Source of the DNA: a virus
DNA length: 43,168 nt
IMG/VR virus record: IMGVR_UViG_3300045988_127339
Coordinates: 1 to 43,168 of that record
Direction: 5' to 3' (one strand)
Numbering within the stretch: position 1 is the first letter of the stretch; each line of letters begins with the position of its first letter. Of the stretch, positions 41,804-43,168 are shown piece after piece. Both the position numbers and the translations under genes were made by a program. The notes under the pieces were generated by a model. That model worked only from the letters and a program-made list of their open reading frames with translations, ran no database searches and was not told where the DNA came from.

Positions 41804-42223
41804 ATGTCGATTCGTGAATACAGCCTCAGCCGGGACTCCACCCGGCAGCTCTCGCCCAGCTTCAAGGTGCGGGAGTTCGGCTGCAAGGGCAGCGACGTCG
41901 TGCTCCTCGACGAGGAGCTTGTGGTGCTGCTCCAGTGCATCCGGGAGCACTTCGGAAAGCCGGTGCATATCACCAGCGGCTACCGCACCGCCGCCCACAA
42001 TGCCGCCGTAGGCGGCAGCAAGTCCAGCCAGCACCTGCTGGGCCGGGCGGCAGACTTCTACGTCGAAGGTGTGGACGTGACCACTGTGGCCGCCTACGCC
42101 GAGACCCTGCTGCCCGGGCGGGGCGGCATCGGGCGCTACCCGAAGGACGCAAAGCACCCCACCCGCAAGACCGGCTGGGTGCACATCGACACCCGGGCGA
42201 ACAAGAGCCGGTGGAGTATGTGA
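41804..42223 (+). CDS. Endolysin, peptidase M15 (zinc D-Ala-D-Ala carboxypeptidase/L-Ala-D-Glu peptidase-like)
   Basis: SGYRTAAHNAAVGGSKSSQHLLGRAADF...GWVHIDTR contains the H-x6-D...H zinc ligands. No separate cell-wall-binding domain is visible. Confidence 0.8.
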   Translation: MSIREYSLSRDSTRQLSPSFKVREFGCKGSDVVLLDEELVVLLQCIREHFGKPVHITSGYRTAAHNAAVGGSKSSQHLLGRAADFYVEGVDVTTVAAYAETLLPGRGGIGRYPKDAKHPTRKTGWVHIDTRANKSRWSM

Positions 42224-42236
42224 GGGGGTGATTCCG

Positions 42237-42518
42237 ATGCAGTTCATCCTCGAATACTGGGCACAGTGGGCTTTCGCGCTGATGGGCGGGGCCGTCCTCG
42301 CAGCCATCCCCAAGATCAAAGCCCTCTGGCAGGCCGTGCTGGCCCTCCTGCACGACCGAATTTACACCGAGTGTTACCACTTCCTCAGCCTCGGCTATAT
42401 CACCCCCGACGGCCTGCGCAACCTCACTTACCTCTACAAGACCTATCACACGATGGGCGGCAACGGCACCGGCACGGAGCTGTACAACCGCGCCAAGGCC
42501 CTGCCTATCCACGACTGA
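42237..42518 (+). CDS. Membrane protein of the lysis cassette (putative holin-like protein)
   Basis: It has an N-terminal TM segment, WAQWAFALMGGAVLAAI, and lies between the endolysin and the SPP1-type holin. Confidence 0.45.
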   Translation: MQFILEYWAQWAFALMGGAVLAAIPKIKALWQAVLALLHDRIYTECYHFLSLGYITPDGLRNLTYLYKTYHTMGGNGTGTELYNRAKALPIHD

Positions 42519-42550
42519 CCGCCCGGCCTCGCCGGGAGAAAGGACACACC

Positions 42551-42817
42551 ATGAACGCACATATCACCACCACCCGCACCGTCTCCGCTGCCACCATCGC
42601 CCGCACCGCCGTGCTGGCTCTGGCCCTCATCAACCAGATCCTGAGTGCTCTGGGCAAGCCCGTGCTGCCCATCGAGAGCGCCCAGCTCGAGCAGCTCATC
42701 TCCACCGGCTTCACCACCGTGTCTGCGCTGGTCAACTGGTGGTTCAACAACTCCTTCACCAAGGAGGCCCTTCAGGCCGATGCCGAGTTTGAGCGCCTGA
42801 AGAAGAGTGTGCGCTGA
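42551..42817 (+). CDS. Holin, SPP1/XhlB-like family
   Basis: IARTAVLALALINQILSALGKPVLPIESAQLEQLISTGFTTVSALVNWWFNNSFTKEA closely resembles the holin_SPP1 family signature. Confidence 0.8.
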   Translation: MNAHITTTRTVSAATIARTAVLALALINQILSALGKPVLPIESAQLEQLISTGFTTVSALVNWWFNNSFTKEALQADAEFERLKKSVR

Positions 42818-42906
42818 GCGTCACACCTGCCTGCGCAGGCATCGTCCGTATCCCACATCCCTACACCGCGTACCGTGATATGGACAAATAATCCTTACAG
42901 CAAAGT

Positions 42907-42955
42907 CCGCCACCGTCTCTGTACTCGGGAGACGGTGGCGGGCCTTTATTTTTTG
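42907..42955 (+). terminator. Rho-independent terminator ending the late operon
   Basis: CCGCCACCGTCTC (42907-42919) pairs with GAGACGGTGGCGG (42929-42941) in a 13-bp stem, followed by GCCTTTATTTTTT. Confidence 0.85.
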
Positions 42956-43009
42956 ACGACTTTTCGCCCCAGCAAGACCCCGGGAAAACCCTGCTGCGGC
43001 CTACTTTTT

Positions 43010-43080
43010 CCTGACTACAATCCTGACTACAAATCACCCGGCAAAAGCAGGCAATATCCCGCAGTATCTGGCAGTATCCG
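43010..43080 (+). repeat. attR-arm repeats: CCTGACTACAA twice (43010-43020, 43022-43032) and three phased 10-mers GCARTATCYB (43051-43080)
   Basis: These are direct tandem repeats read from the sequence. The same GACTACA heptamer occurs twice in the attL arm (66-72, 77-83). Confidence 0.8.
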
Positions 43081-43094
43081 ACAGTCGCAAATAA

Positions 43095-43140
43095 CAAAAA
43101 ATCCACGAAACATCAATTTTTCATCGACATTTCGTGGATA
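43095..43140 (-). terminator. Phage-supplied intrinsic terminator for the host tRNA (minus strand)
   Basis: On the minus strand, directly 3' of the tRNA CCA end, the sequence reads ATCCACGAAA-19 nt-TTTCGTGGAT followed by TTTTTTG. Confidence 0.65.
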
Positions 43141-43144
43141 CATA

Positions 43145-43168
43145 TTGGTGCGAGGGAGGGGATTTGAA
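43145..43168 (-). repeat. attR core: the 3' end of the intact tRNA gene, whose 5' part lies beyond the window
   Basis: It is identical to 1-24, and its reverse complement ends ...CCCTCGCACCA. The tRNA identity cannot be read because the anticodon lies outside the window. Confidence 0.8.

Larger units (their letters stand above)
1..43168. mobile_element. Integrated temperate tailed-phage genome (siphovirus-like prophage), attL to attR
   Basis: Identical 24-bp repeats lie at both window ends and a tyrosine integrase lies next to the left repeat. Lysogeny, replication, packaging, head, tail and lysis modules are all present in canonical order. Confidence 0.9.

Noticed and set aside
42861-43106. 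An 81-aa minus-strand ORF in the attR arm.
   Set aside because: It has no RBS. It spans the late-operon terminator and the arm repeats, and its composition is not gene-like.

Overview
The window is one complete, integrated temperate siphovirus-type prophage of about 43.1 kb. It is bounded by a perfect 24-bp direct repeat (1-24 and 43145-43168). Read on the minus strand, that repeat is the T-arm, acceptor and CCA 3' end of a tRNA gene whose body lies beyond the right edge. The GC content is high and GGAGG-type ribosome binding sites are common, which suggests a Firmicutes/Clostridia-like host (inference only). From left to right the modules are as follows. (1) Tyrosine integrase and an HTH-S24 CI-like repressor on the minus strand, followed on the plus strand by a Cro-like protein and a BRO-N/KilAC antirepressor. 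(2) Small early ORFs. (3) A replication module: Cas4-like PD-(D/E)XK nuclease, gp2.5-like SSB, family-A DNA polymerase, Lar-like zinc ribbon, prim-pol/VirE primase-helicase, VRR-NUC and an SNF2 helicase. (4) An accessory island: DUF4417-like protein, two ADP-ribosyltransferase-like proteins each followed by a small Lys-tailed protein, and a ParB-N/DNA methyltransferase fusion. (5) terS, terL, portal and a minor head protein. (6) A second accessory island: a promoter/terminator-bounded lipoprotein moron, a counter-oriented five-gene small-protein operon and a divergent HTH gene. (7) Scaffold, major capsid, neck, major tail, chaperones, tape measure, Dit, a Tal-like protein and a 1223-aa beta-helix/Big_2/LamG tail spike. 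(8) An M15 endolysin and holins. Four things seem most worth follow-up. First, the autonomous minus-strand small-protein operon with its HTH regulator, which sits inside the head module. Second, the duplicated ART plus small basic protein cassettes with a shared Gly-rich leader. Third, the CTACA heptamer arrays, which occur at both att arms and in two copies of a roughly 185-bp module bracketing the early region. Fourth, a roughly 400-bp degenerate repeat tract next to a protein with a RAMP-like glycine-rich loop. All functional calls come from motifs read by eye. No database searches were run.
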